Positions 20,540-32,957 of a stretch of 64,000 nucleotides of DNA are shown here, piece by piece; within the stretch, counting starts at the first letter, position 1; each line of letters begins with the position of its first letter. The position numbers and the translations under genes were made by a program. Source of the DNA: Balanoglossus misakiensis (lineage: Eukaryota; Animalia; Hemichordata); NCBI GenBank assembly GCA_040954595.2, contig CM082589.2, positions 2,039,498-2,103,497 of the forward strand. Direction: 5' to 3'. Below the pieces are notes generated by a model. That model saw only the letters and a list, made by a program, of their open reading frames with translations. It did no database searches and was not told the DNA's origin.

Positions 20540-23500
20540 ATGGGGATACCGCGGTTGTATCTGATTATACTAAATCTATCACTACTCGAGTTTCATGGTA
20601 AGTAAAATTGCTCATTTTTTTCTGTGTTTGTTGTCTTTCTCCGGGATAGTGATTTTATTAAAGAATTTCCGTGTCCAATGTCACTACCAACTCGCGGTAC
20701 TAAGAATCTGCCAGAGATATCGTAAGGTTGCATTATAAGAAAGAATCACGGTTCTCTGGTAACTAGAAGAAGTATGTCGTGAAGAGTCATGAATAAAATC
20801 CTCCAAAGGTTTTTGTTTTGGTCCAAGACGTGTAGCTACTTCTACTGCGAAGTTCAATACTTTTTCTTGAAGTCCTCCTTGTACTTCCGCGTTGGCAAGC
20901 CAGTTCCGGTACTGGACCTTCACCCTTCCACGCGCAGTGGGATGATAACAACGGAATTGACAGCTCCAGTCTTGCCGAAGCAGGGATTCATCTTGCGTCT
21001 GCAAGACGCCGACGTCTGAAAGCAATAATCTTGAAACCGAAAAAGGCATTCTCTCACTTTTTCCATGGTGGCCAGATCCTGCGGATCGGTAGCTCGCGGC
21101 TATGATTCTTAAAATGGGGCCGATGTCATCCCGGACCTGGATCATGTTACATTCCGACATAAACTTTGCGTGTTTTGACCCCAAATTGAAGCCATTCCAA
21201 CTTGTCTAATTTACTGTGGTATTGAGGTTGACCCATTTTGGCTTCGGTCTCCACAAGAATCTATGCACCCCTCTATTCTATTTATCACCCTGACTTGTCC
21301 ACACCATCCCCCGCACACACCATCTGTCAAACGCTCCATCTGTTTATGGGGTTGTTTTTACGTCGATTGTTTCCTCATTCAATTCGGCGAAAGCGGCTCA
21401 TCATTCAGGAAGTTGGGAGGAAGAAGCGGAGAAGCGCTTTTCTTGTTAAGACCGACGGCGACGCCTATGAAACCACGATTCAATAAAAGTTTAACGAAAC
21501 TGGCTGAGTGTCCTGAAAATACAAGTGACACGTCCACTGTAATTGGAGTCGCTTCCCCAAAACTGCCCGAGAGAGGTCACGGCAAGATTAGCTCGACTTT
21601 CGGTCACTTAACCCCTGGAAAGTCTTGGCAAAACCAATTTTGTCAAGTCAGTAAAAACATATACATGTACACTTCTCCCAAAGACATCACGTAACTGAAA
21701 CCTTCTGTGGGGGTCGACATTGGATCGTAGTGACCCCGGGAACGGGAAGTCGTGACCCTTCTAGCCGTGAGACCATCATGCATGCTGTCGCTTTGCGTTG
21801 TTAGTTTGTTCTGCTGTGACGCACCACGGGAAGGAAATTAAATCTGAGAGCGAGAAGTATAAAAATACATAAACTTCTCGTGCAAGGCCTATTGAATTCT
21901 GATAACCTCATCGCGCTTCAATGAATATAAAACCAAACAAATCTAGGCCACATCGCCCTACCCTAGTCCCATCAAATCCAATACAGCCATGTCCAGTCAC
22001 AAAATTCGCCCGATATACTGTTCTATGAGACCGTATTGCTTTCTGTTGACATGGCTACACTATCTTGAGAGAGATGCCAGTATAATGCCACTATGATTAT
22101 GGGTCAATACCAGTACTTGTGTCACAGAGGAACCCACGTATCAAATCCGAAGTCATACCAGGTGTCCTCTCCTTAATATTCTATGAACTGCTTCTGTTGT
22201 AAAGGAACACCTGGGCAGATCATCCGAGGACCAGGTCTGATGTGGACGTCGGTCGGAAATGACCAGTCGCAGCTGATGCTGATTCCCGGCAGTGGGCAGT
22301 CCATCTACACAAACACGACAGCGAGCGTCACGGTGAACACAAAGATACTGCTCTCCCAGGGCGCGTCGGTCAAAGCTGGCTTAGCAACGGACCACGCCGA
22401 GAGCCGCATCTTTTGGACCGATCCCGTCGCGAGGTCTATCTTTACAGCGTCTTTCATGACGGGTTCTGTCGGTGCGATTTACAGAGGCGTCTCGGACTTC
22501 GTGGAGGGCATCGCCGTTGACTGGATAGCCAACAAACTGTACTGGACAGATGCTTCGTACAACTGGATTGTTGTGTCTGACTATACTGGTGATAATGTCC
22601 GTACACTGGTCCACACTGGTTTAGACAGGCCACGAGGAATTGCTGTAGACCCAATTCATGGGTAAGTCGACAAACCAATGTTTAGTTTGCTCGATAATTG
22701 AAACTGTTACAAATCTGAGAAACCACAAATCAAAGCATTTCTTCGTTAACATACATAAGACTATTTGGCGGTGTTTAATTTGGTGGTGATGGTGATGATG
22801 ATTTCTTCAATTGCAGTCACTTGTATTGGTGTGACCTTGGGGCAAACGGTAGGATCGAGAAAAGCAACTTGGACGGTAGTGATCGACGGATAATCGTAAG
22901 CGAAGCCACGGACAGTGATAAGATAGCTCAGCCCAACGGACTGGCCATTGACTTCGAGGAAAACAGGTAAGTTGTAAAAATACAAAATGGAACCAATCCT
23001 GAATCCTCTTGTATGTAGATGTGGTTTGGTCGGAGACAGTGATATCCTCAAAGTTCAGTCAATACTTTTTCTCTATTCAAGGTTGTACTGGACTGACGGC
23101 GTGTTGAAGAAGATTATGTCTGTGGACTTGGGTGGTGATTCTTACACAGTGAGAGAGGTCCTCACGGAGAGTGGTTTCGCTTTTCCATTTGATATTTCCT
23201 TAGATGAGGTAAATGTTCACCATGTAGTCTTCATTTTTTGTCTGATTGTTGTATCTTTATGAGCTATGCTTCCTAGCTATAGCATGGTATCTCTTGCTTG
23301 CTTGTGCCATTACCATTGGTGCGCTGCACGGCAAAAACTCATTTTGAACTTTTTCATTCCTGCAGGAGTTCTTCTTTGTCAGTGACCACAGCACTGGAAA
23401 GTTGTGGATCATCAGACGATCAAATATTTTGCATCGAGCTCAGCTGACCTTCGGAGGTTATAAACCTCTTGGTATGTCGTATTATTCGGATTGGCCACAA

Positions 23501-26500
23501 CCAGCGGGAATAAGTAAGTAGGCGTAACGTCTTATAGGACTTGGTTGAAGATTTGGTGGATGGAGCAAAGTTCAATTGCCCGATATCAACTCCCACCATG
23601 ACAATAAATGAGTAACGCTCGTTCATGTCTATGTTTCAGGTCCTTGTTCAAATAATAACGGGGGGTGTCACCACTTGTGTGTTGGTGATCCGAGCGGCCA
23701 TAAGTGTCTCTGCAATCATGGGTTTGTCCTGGCGCCAGACAACAGCAGCTGTGTTATTGGTGAGTAGTGGCTTCTTATAAATCATAACCTATTAACCCTA
23801 TTCTAGTTTACATTTCATTATGAGCTCAATCACTTTGTCACGTGTTTACTCTTTGCTTTTTGTGGCTGCAGATACCCACTTGGTTCCAGGTCACCAAATC
23901 TTGTATTCTACCGGAAGCTCGGTGTGTCGTCTGCCAGTAGATTTCGCTCATTCCGCTGTACCTGTTACCGAACACTGCTTCATAAATGGACTTAACGCTG
24001 GAGCTATGGACTATGATTTCTACCAAGACATGCTGTATTTCTATGACGCGTCCAATACGTCCATCCGACGGGCTGTGCTTCGTGACGACCCCAGCATTGA
24101 AAGCATAGTGGCAGACGTTTCAAATGTCTTTGGTACGTCACATTCCGCTCTGAAACCTTTTTGATGTGCGACTGCTGTCTTTTTACATGATTTTGAGCTT
24201 GGACACGATTTATGAACATTAAAATGTGTGCATATTGCAGGTATTGCCGTCGACTGGTTAGCCAACAATTTGTACTGGACGGATTCAGAACAGAAAGCCA
24301 TTTATATTTCGAGGTTGGATGGTTCCTACAAGACGGTCCTTCTGTCAGACAACATCGATGAGCCAAGGGGAATAGCCGTGCATCCTGGCGAAAAGTAAGA
24401 TATTTTGCCTTCACAAATGGCCTTTCAGCAAATTCAACTGCCCGCAGCTCGGACATTAACACGGATCCTAATGTTGCTCTGTCAAACCACACAGGTCTTT
24501 GTTTTGGGCCGACAGTGGACCGACTCCTCGTATCGAAAAATCAGCTTTGTCTGGACGCCAAAGGGATGTCTTGATCTCCACTAGCATCGTCGCACCCACT
24601 GTTCTGACGATCGACCACGTGTCCAACAGGTAAGATTCCGGCGATGGTCTGACATTAGATGTTTCCGTATTTTACACTGAAACTGCCAAGTTACAATTGG
24701 ACGTTTGAACTATTAACAATATTACAACCTTATTCTAATTTTTGGGGTCAGACTATACTGGGTTGATCAAGGCGTGGTTGGAAAAATAGAATCCATTGGT
24801 ACAAACGGTGAACAACGGAAATTGATTCAGATGGTTTGGACACCAATATATGGGCTTACGGTGTTTCAGGTAAACGTTCCTCTTCTAAATAGACCATGTC
24901 CTAGTGTACGGAGAATATGAGCGGTTTAGCTAAACCGCAGCAGTCGTTCTCGTTTTGGCTTTGGCTGGACCAGTTGTTTTAATTCACTCGTTGTATCGAT
25001 GCCACAGGACCATCTGTACTGGACTGAGCCGGACAATATCGTTGACTACAGCCACGTCGCAGGCAAACTGGTCCAAAGAAGGCGGCTTGAGCATTCTCCG
25101 TCTGCCGTATTGGCTTTTGATAAATCAAAACAGACACTGGAACCAGGTAACCACTATACACACGGAAGATATTTTAGATATTAGGACAATATGCGGCAGA
25201 GTGCAGTGTCGGTTAACCAGCGGCAGTTTTGGCCAATTGGTCTTTCTGTTAGGGTCTTGCCTAGTAAAGGAGTCGGATGTGGCACGTAACTTTATGTATG
25301 TCCAGTAAATTCATCTTGGCGAAATTCATGACTTGTGTTTGCTCCTGCCAGGACCGTGTGACATCCAAAATGGCGGATGCGATGAAATCTGTACACCCAC
25401 GACATATGGTGCGGAGTGTCTATGCAGTGAGGCCGGAAGTGCGACATGTACAGTTGGTAAGTCTCTGACGCCGATCACCACAGCGAGTTGTACGTTTGCA
25501 CTCCTAGGCTTTATAACGTTTCTGCTCGTAAGACAGTTATTCGGTTCAGTGGGACTGTGGCATAAAATGTAATTTTCACTTAAGCTATTCTTCTTTTCAA
25601 TGCACAACAGTTGTTAAGTGTCCCATGAAGTTCTTTTCTGGACAAACAGTCGAAGGTTGCAACAACACACCGGGGAACTCGTGCCAGTTTACGTGCGACG
25701 ACCATTTTGCAGCGACCAATACGACTACCCTTGTCTGCCAGGGCAACGGGCAATGGGATTTGGATACAACTTCACTGTGTAAATTTGGTAAGTTGTGGGC
25801 ACATTGGAAAACCGTTAAATACAAACAGTACATGTATTGAGGTTTTCATACAACACACATTTTATCACTACTTTCAGATATCACGTACGACAGTTTCCTA
25901 CTTGTGGTTGATAAACTGCAGACTCCGGGCAAAATTTTCCATGTTGATCTTAGCACGCCAACTTTGGAGTACGCGCAGCTTCCTCTGACCGGCCTCACAA
26001 GCCCCATTGCCCTGGGTTACGATCACGTGGACAGCAAAGTGTACTGGACCGATATCGAGCTAAAAACCATCAGCCGAGCTTCACTCGACGGTCGAGATCA
26101 ACAGGTTGTCGTGTCCACAGATGTGCAAAGTAAGCAGGGTTTATTTTTGATATGATGTGAGCGATAATCACAGCTTTAATTTTTCTCCATAGAGTTAACG
26201 CAGAGATTGGCGGCCATTTTGAATTTCCTATTTTTAGGCAATGTTGCTCTCTCATTCAAAATTTTGCACGTTGACCACCAATATTTATCTCAATTGCCTT
26301 GAGCAATTATACGAGGGAAAGTTTAAGACTTTGTTTTTTCGAGGCGCATTCTACCTTAAATCACACGAAATATTTTACCTCTGCAGCACCTGATGGCCTT
26401 TTTGTTGATGTGGACGGAAGGAAGATATACTGGACAGATACTGGACTCGATCACATCTCAAAAGCTGACCTGGACGGAAGTAATCGACGAACTATCGTCT

Positions 26501-28538
26501 CTAGTGATCTGAGAGAGCCGCGAGCGATTATCGTTGATAATATCAACAGGCATGTTGTAGACATTTTCACAGTTTTTATGTTATTTTCTTCCCTGTGAAC
26601 TTGCCCGATTAGTCAATGCTAAGTAAGCACATTAAGTGGCGTCTATTTCTTGTTCTTACGCAGCCGAATATACTGGTCCGACTGGGGAGAGACACCAAGA
26701 ATCGAACGAGCTGATTTGGACGGCAGAGAAAGGTCGGCGATCGTTTCCACCGATCTGGGCTGGCCGAATGGTTTGGCGATCGACAGCAATGGTAGGAAAG
26801 CTTAGAACCTGATGTCTTGTATGAGATTGCAAACAAAAACTGAACGCTGTTGTTACAGTGATGTCTTCTTGAAATGACTTGGCATACAGTGTTATCGTAT
26901 ACAGGATTCAAATATAATACTCAAACTCGCATTTCTATATTTTCTGTGGCTTTAGATCACAAACTCTTTTGGTGCGACGCAAGGACGGACCGCATTGAGT
27001 TTATTGATTTGGAAACAAACGAGCGCCATGTTCTGATCACGCTGTCCAGTTCCAGCCCCCACCCTTACGGTTTAACACTGACCGACGAATACATCTACTG
27101 GACCGAATGGAACGAGGAACAGATACAGCGAGCTGATAAGCAGACCGGGTACAATGTCATCGGCGTCGGTTATCCAATGCTGAAAAAACCCTATGGCATC
27201 CATGCCTTCACCACATCTCCAACAACAGGTATACTTTCTAGGCACTTTTTCGGGGCGGGGAAGGGGGAGGAGTTGTCACACATAACATGAAGATGTATAA
27301 AAGTGTCCTACCTTGATCACTGTAATTGCAGCAAGATCACCTCCATTGTATTTGTGCAGCAGAGTCAGTCATTCAGTCCGGAATTTTGACAGCATCATTG
27401 TCTTGTGAAAATATCTGAAAGAGAACAAACGTATTTGTGTGTGAATCAATATGTGTATCTCATATTCTCATTTGCTCGTTTGTTATTCGTTATAGAACCG
27501 CCTCGAATTCAGACAACTACAACAAGAGCATCGAGTTCAACACCATCGAAATCAACGCTGTCTCCATCACCAACACCAGCACAGGCAACTACAAGAGCAT
27601 CAACGACTACAGTTGCGACAACAACAAAAACCACAACAGCAACAACAACATCATCAACGACGACAAAAGCAGCATTAACAACATCAACAACATCAGCAGC
27701 AAAAACAACACATCCATTGACCACATCACTGACGACTGGAATTTCGGCAAAATCTACAACAACAACACGGCCGCCAGACGTGTCGTCATCAAAGACAAAG
27801 GAACGAGAAGCGCCAACGGCGACGAGCACATCACCGGCGACAGCAGCCACAGACCGATTACTGGAGCCAGGCAGCAACGGCTCGTCGTCTACATCATCAT
27901 TCGTGCCTGTGATAGGAGGAGTCATCGGTGTACTCCTTCTGGCATCAGCTGTGATACTAATTCTATGCGGCCTTTTGTACTGCAGGTATTGTTTATTAAA
28001 CGTGTCTGTACAGTTTGTCACGCATGTGCTACTTTTTTGATGACGTAATCCAATATGGCCATCAGGAGGCCATATTGTTTTACTCTTTAGGTTTGAGATG
28101 ATTTAGCAGAAACATAGGGTAACGCCTTGTCTTTGCAATGAGATACTCACTGGAGTGACTGACAATTAACGACACTCTTGTACTCATCTTGCCCACAGAC
28201 GGCGGAAGAGAGGATGTTTCGAAAGATCTCCATCCAACCACTTCTACTGGGATGCGGACGAAGCGGCACAAAGCAAGGAGCAGCTCACCCCGAAGTTCTT
28301 CCCGAAGGAGAACGTCGTGGACTTCGGGTATCTGGTTCCAGCCGAGGTATCGGGCTCGCAGAATAGCTACGGAACGGCCAAGGATGACGGCCTGCCATCT
28401 GCACCACCGGCCCCATCTGCGCCGAGCCAGGATACCGTGCTGGCTCCTCAGGCAATTTACTCCTCGATTAATGATGTGCCGTCACATGCACGGTCCGCAC
28501 ATCCCCTGCCTACATACTTGCCAATGCGTCCGTTATGA
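20540..28538 (+). CDS. LRP4/5/6-like type I membrane receptor: signal peptide, YWTD propeller, EGF, YWTD propeller, EGF, Sushi/CCP, YWTD propeller, Thr/Ser mucin stalk, TM, cytoplasmic tail
   Basis: Signal-peptide exon 20540-20597 ([20 protein letters not shown]|GTAAGT) joins 22205 in phase. Further exons: 22205-22661, 22817-22966, 23082-23208, 23366-23513, 23640-23759 (EGF: [13 protein letters not shown]), 23872-24132, 24241-24394, 24495-24629, 24752-24869, 25008-25146, 25352-25456 (EGF), 25611-25787 (Sushi: C...SCQFTC...[10 protein letters not shown]...C), 25878-26129, 26387-26549, 26664-26791, 26956-27228, 27496-27985 (Thr-rich stalk, [27 protein letters not shown]), 28199-28538 (TGA). Many YWTD/FWTD/YWSD motifs. 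Confidence 0.9.
26185..26359. mobile_element. Right end of a TTAA-flanked (Kolobok-like) non-autonomous DNA transposon in an intron of the LRP-like gene
   Basis: Ends in AGGCGCATTCTACC|TTAA (26342-26359), the exact reverse complement of 31083-31100. Left boundary uncertain. Confidence 0.55.
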
Positions 28539-28823
28539 AGGGCAAATAGAATGCAAAACTAGACAATTTGACAGCTTTTAAAACGTTCTGCCATTCCATT
28601 GAATGAAGCATTAACATACATGGTGCGCTTTCATTTTCTACTCTAGTCTGTGCTTTTTATTATATATTCGCCCGATTTTTGCCAAGATGAAAATGGAGAT
28701 CTAGACAACCACGTTTTCACCTGGGTGGGCGCATGATATCAGAGCGCCATCACATGGTCATAAGAAGACTTACACTTATTTTTTCCTTTTTTAAAACCAG
28801 ATTATGAAACTGTATTGTACTGT

Positions 28824-28829
28824 AATAAA
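28824..28829 (+). terminator. Candidate poly(A) signal of the LRP-like gene
   Basis: AATAAA about 290 nt after the stop codon. Confidence 0.5.
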
Positions 28830-30050
28830 ATAGAAATTAACTATATTACCAGCAGATGTCCATGCGTCAAATGAGAGCATTTTGAAGACGTGAGTTGGTG
28901 ACGAGTTTCACACTTTAAGAAAACTGGGACTGTCACAATGACACTAATTACGGTCTTGTTGAAAAGCGTTACCGTTCTTTTGTAAAATACACATCTTTAC
29001 CAAGGCCATGTCTTAGGTTTTCACGTCATGTTGACGATGGCCGTGTCACCTAGACAACCAAGACTGGCACTTGGATGAAGTGCCGGAGGTGTTAATGAGG
29101 TCCCCAGTGGGTTGCCTTGTCGCTCGACCTCTCTGATCATGGGCGTATCATATCCATGCTCACTTGAATAGACTGGCAATGCAGCGACGGAAAATACATT
29201 TACAAGTTCTCATAATATTTCGCACCACCTGAATGCTGATTTTGTGGTAGTGATCTGGTGGCACAGACATAAGCATACATTATGGAATATTTGAGCCAAG
29301 CTGTGCCAATATTTCTGAGCATAAACATCAGCTTCAATGTCAGACTCATAAAATAGCAATTTTCACTTTCAACAGTTGACGGTGAAGTTGTTGGAGGTGT
29401 TAGCTGTAAGTGTGAATAAGCAGGATGACAGTGATTGTGCAAGTGCAACAAGAGCTAGTAGTACTGACGTTAGTTTCCATGGCAGCAACATAGAAACACT
29501 GCGAAATGATCAGCAGATAATGTAGCTAGTGATTTATAAGATGCGTCAGATCTGATCGACATCTCACTCCTACAAGAACCTACAGGTGTGCACTGTCTCA
29601 AGAAGTGAAGGTTGGTACATTGGTTATGTTTTGCGTTCACTGTGATCTGTTTTTTTTTGTCGTGATATTAGTTTATCTCATTCCGAGAGAGTTTAATGCG
29701 AACTTTTAAGTCACCTACATTCAACCGAACATAATTTAGGTACTACACGATCATTATTGTCACCCACAGGCATGACTGTATGATGACGGGTTCAGTGGAA
29801 AAATAGAACCGCACCGACAAACAACTTTGTCTGTTATACTATCGCAGCTGTGACGAAGCTCCCAGGTGTAAGAAGAGAAACTGTAATAAACGACACCATC
29901 GGTTCTACCTTCTGCAAGAAACAGTCTGTCCGGAGCCCTGCAGCCGTTGGCGGGCGTCAGTCACACGTGGCAGGTTTCGCTTCCTCGTCATCGCAAGACA
30001 ATCCCGTCAATAGTGCATTTAATACTCGCACGAACTCGACATTATCAGAT

Positions 30051-31082
30051 ATGAATGAGAGCGATTACAATGCAACTAATGTTGGTTATGACGACTATTT
30101 TTGGTCCTATCGGGAAATTCCAACGTGGCTATTTATATTTTTTATCATCGTTAGTGTATTGGGCCTTGTAGGCAACGGTTTTGTTATTATTGTGCTGGCG
30201 GCGACTCGAAGATTTCACCCGTCGTGTGCCGTAACAAATATTTTCATCCAACATCAGTCGGTGATCGACTTTTTGGCATCATTTGTTTTTTTCATATCGG
30301 TCTCAATCCCACCGTTTTTGATAGCACCCTATAGTTTGTCTGCGACGTTATTCTGCAAACTTCTGTGGTCGGAGTATTTCTTGTGGTGCCCTGTTCTGGC
30401 GTCATCTTTGAACCTCACCGCTCTGTCGGTGGAGAGATATTTTGGCGTGGTGCACCCTGTCACGCACAGGAACAAGTTCACAAAGCGGTTGGCAGGCAAG
30501 ATATTCGCGTTGGAATGGTTCTTTGCGCTTTCTTGCCCTTTGTACTGGATAGCCCTTATACAAAATGCAGGTGGACATTGCGAGTGGATGGGAAATTACA
30601 TGACATTGAGGTTACTGCGTCTTTTTGACATAAGCCTCGTCGCGCTTTTTCCTTTCGGAGTGATGACGTACGCGTATGCCAGAATGTTCCTATCTCTTAG
30701 AAAGCATGCCGTTACCGTTGCACCAAGCGATCCAGTCTCGGCGATCAGCACAAATCCGGCGAGTGAAAAGAAGAAAAAATGGCTCAAGGCAAGTCGGAAT
30801 GTTTTCAAAACCATGTGCATTGTACTTTTGACATTCATTGTGTGCTGGTGTCCTTTTACATTGTATAACGTAATGTTCATTTTCGGTCATCCGATGACGT
30901 TTGAAGACAAGTTTTACTTGATATCTGTCACTTTTTGCATGTGCAACGTCAGTGTGAACCCTTTCATATATTCGCTCACCTACAAGGAATTTCGGGACGG
31001 CGTTGTCAGGCTATTTTCGCCCGGGCAAACAAATGCCGTCATCAACTTGAACCCGATGCCAGACTCATCTACAAGAACCTAG
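30051..31082 (+). CDS. Intronless rhodopsin-family (class A) GPCR, orphan, galanin/somatostatin-receptor-like
   Basis: ORF with 7 hydrophobic segments: GN in TM1, HQSVID in TM2, Cys and ERY in TM3, CWCP in TM6, NPFIY in TM7, and N-terminal N-glycosylation sequons (NES, NAT). First in-frame ATG at 30051 (343 aa); the ORF track starts earlier at a GTG. Confidence 0.92.
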   Translation: MNESDYNATNVGYDDYFWSYREIPTWLFIFFIIVSVLGLVGNGFVIIVLAATRRFHPSCAVTNIFIQHQSVIDFLASFVFFISVSIPPFLIAPYSLSATLFCKLLWSEYFLWCPVLASSLNLTALSVERYFGVVHPVTHRNKFTKRLAGKIFALEWFFALSCPLYWIALIQNAGGHCEWMGNYMTLRLLRLFDISLVALFPFGVMTYAYARMFLSLRKHAVTVAPSDPVSAISTNPASEKKKKWLKASRNVFKTMCIVLLTFIVCWCPFTLYNVMFIFGHPMTFEDKFYLISVTFCMCNVSVNPFIYSLTYKEFRDGVVRLFSPGQTNAVINLNPMPDSSTRT

Positions 31083-31117
31083 TTAAGGTAGAATGCGCCT
31101 TCTAAATTAAACCTTAA
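31083..31117. mobile_element. Remnant of the same TTAA/Kolobok-like family immediately after the GPCR stop codon
   Basis: TTAA|GGTAGAATGCGCCT...CC|TTAA; 18/18 match to the terminus at 26342-26359. Confidence 0.55.
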
Positions 31118-32957
31118 ATCATCATTTTGACATTAATACTGTACTGTTGATAGAATATTGGAAACGGAGTCGCACGACTGTTTACGTGAGGCCGAAAGCA
31201 ACGGGCCAAACTCTCATCCAATCTGATTAAAATCAGACGTAGCGTTAGGCGCCGTATTTACCTTTGCTGGTTCTTGGCTGTTCTCGCTACAGGTATAGAG
31301 AGGCGTACAAATACAAGGTGATCCCTAATCTTTAAAAACTATGTGTCAGAGGATATTTTCTGTGATGCTTACAATATGACATACGTAGAATTCTAATATT
31401 ACTTTTAAATATGTTCAATCAAAACTATTTTTGACATCATTTTGACAGTTTTAGTGAACACAGTATGGTCAAATTAAGTATTTTGGTCGAGTGTTTACTT
31501 TTTGTATGTATTTATCTCGTGTACATGTATGTATACATTTTTGCTGCTATGGTTACATAACAAAATATGATGGGTGAATATTGTATTTGTTTTATATTTC
31601 AATGATCACTAGTAAGATTGTAATGTAACATTTAGAAATTAAACGATTATATGTGTAGTTTTGAAACATGCACTGTTTATTCACTTGTACGTTTAGTAAT
31701 ATACTTCTGTATGAATTAAAAGCCATCATATTGGGAACGCAATTTTGCGCCTGCGCACTTATATGTCAATGACAAAACCTACTCCGCAATAAAATGTCGC
31801 TCGCATACACAGATGACAAATACATGAAATTGATTTAGGGATATACTCAAATTTTGATCACAACTATCCCATTAAAGTTCCCCTACGGTTTTCTGAATGC
31901 TTGTTACTGGTGATTACTTTACATTGTTAAGAATGGTAAATTTCTACCTGAAACAACGTTTGAAAATGTGATATGTCATGAATTTCCCCAATCATATGAA
32001 ATTTGAGATGATCGCTAATGATATCACGACTTGTGACCAACTCTTCAAGTGGTTAAGCCATGTTTAATGAACTAAAGTGGTTTGTGCCTTCAAGGCACGC
32101 TGTTTACGTCACAAGCTATCCAAATGCTAGAATTGGTCTGTAATTTTTCCCCCTAAATTTAACCTTATTTGTTACAAACCTATTCTAGCAAGTAAGCACT
32201 ATATTTTTGTTTACTGGCGTCGACACGTTTACATGTACTTAATTCAGTTTAACATTTTATTGATATGTGGAAAATGAAATAATAATCGGAATATAAGTAA
32301 ACACCAATACAAAATTTAAGGAAGTTTAATATGAAGGGCAGCTGCTTATTGTTGTATTGCTATCCGACTTTACCGAGACATTGTCAGAAAGAGCTGATAT
32401 GATATTCTCGTCACACGATTAATTCTACAAAATTTACGGCGCATATCTCTTCCCAAGATAACAAGTTATATAACCACAAAAGGATTGATGATAGCGGTGT
32501 TGGAGACAGTCGAGATTGTAGTCCAGGCGCTAGGCACATAAACATTGTATAAAGGCCTTGCGCATTGCGACCACCCTCTTCATCTATTTCATCTGTTTCC
32601 AAGTTCCGCAACCGAAACGTACTTGGACAGGGAGTGCGGTGAAAATGTCGGACACGGTAGGTGTGTTCACGTGTTTTACATCGTGTATTTACGCGTGGTT
32701 TCACTGCTTTAGATCTGAAGAGATTAAGTCGCTGATGTTCACCTTGAAAGTTTGATCAATTATCATCAGAAATTGAACCATATACCCTGGAGGAAAAGGG
32801 TCTATGGATAAACCATGGAGGTACTAACCACTGCGCAATTTTCAGAAAAAATGGATTTTGGACGTGTTAAACGAGAATATGTGTTTACACAAAAACAATC
32901 AACCAGGGTCATTATGTCCACAGCACTGCAAATATCCTCACAGCCCTTATAGATACA

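Noticed and set aside
20684-21694. 166-aa (-) and 143-aa (+) ORFs in intron 1 of the LRP-like gene
   Set aside because: No domain similarity recognised; the signal-peptide exon splices in phase across them.
27437-28048. Overlapping Asn-rich and Val-rich ORFs
   Set aside because: Alternative frames of the ACA-rich mucin exon.
29850-30050. N-terminal extension of the GPCR ORF to 410 aa
   Set aside because: Begins at GTG; the first ATG at 30051 gives a normal glycosylated N-terminus.
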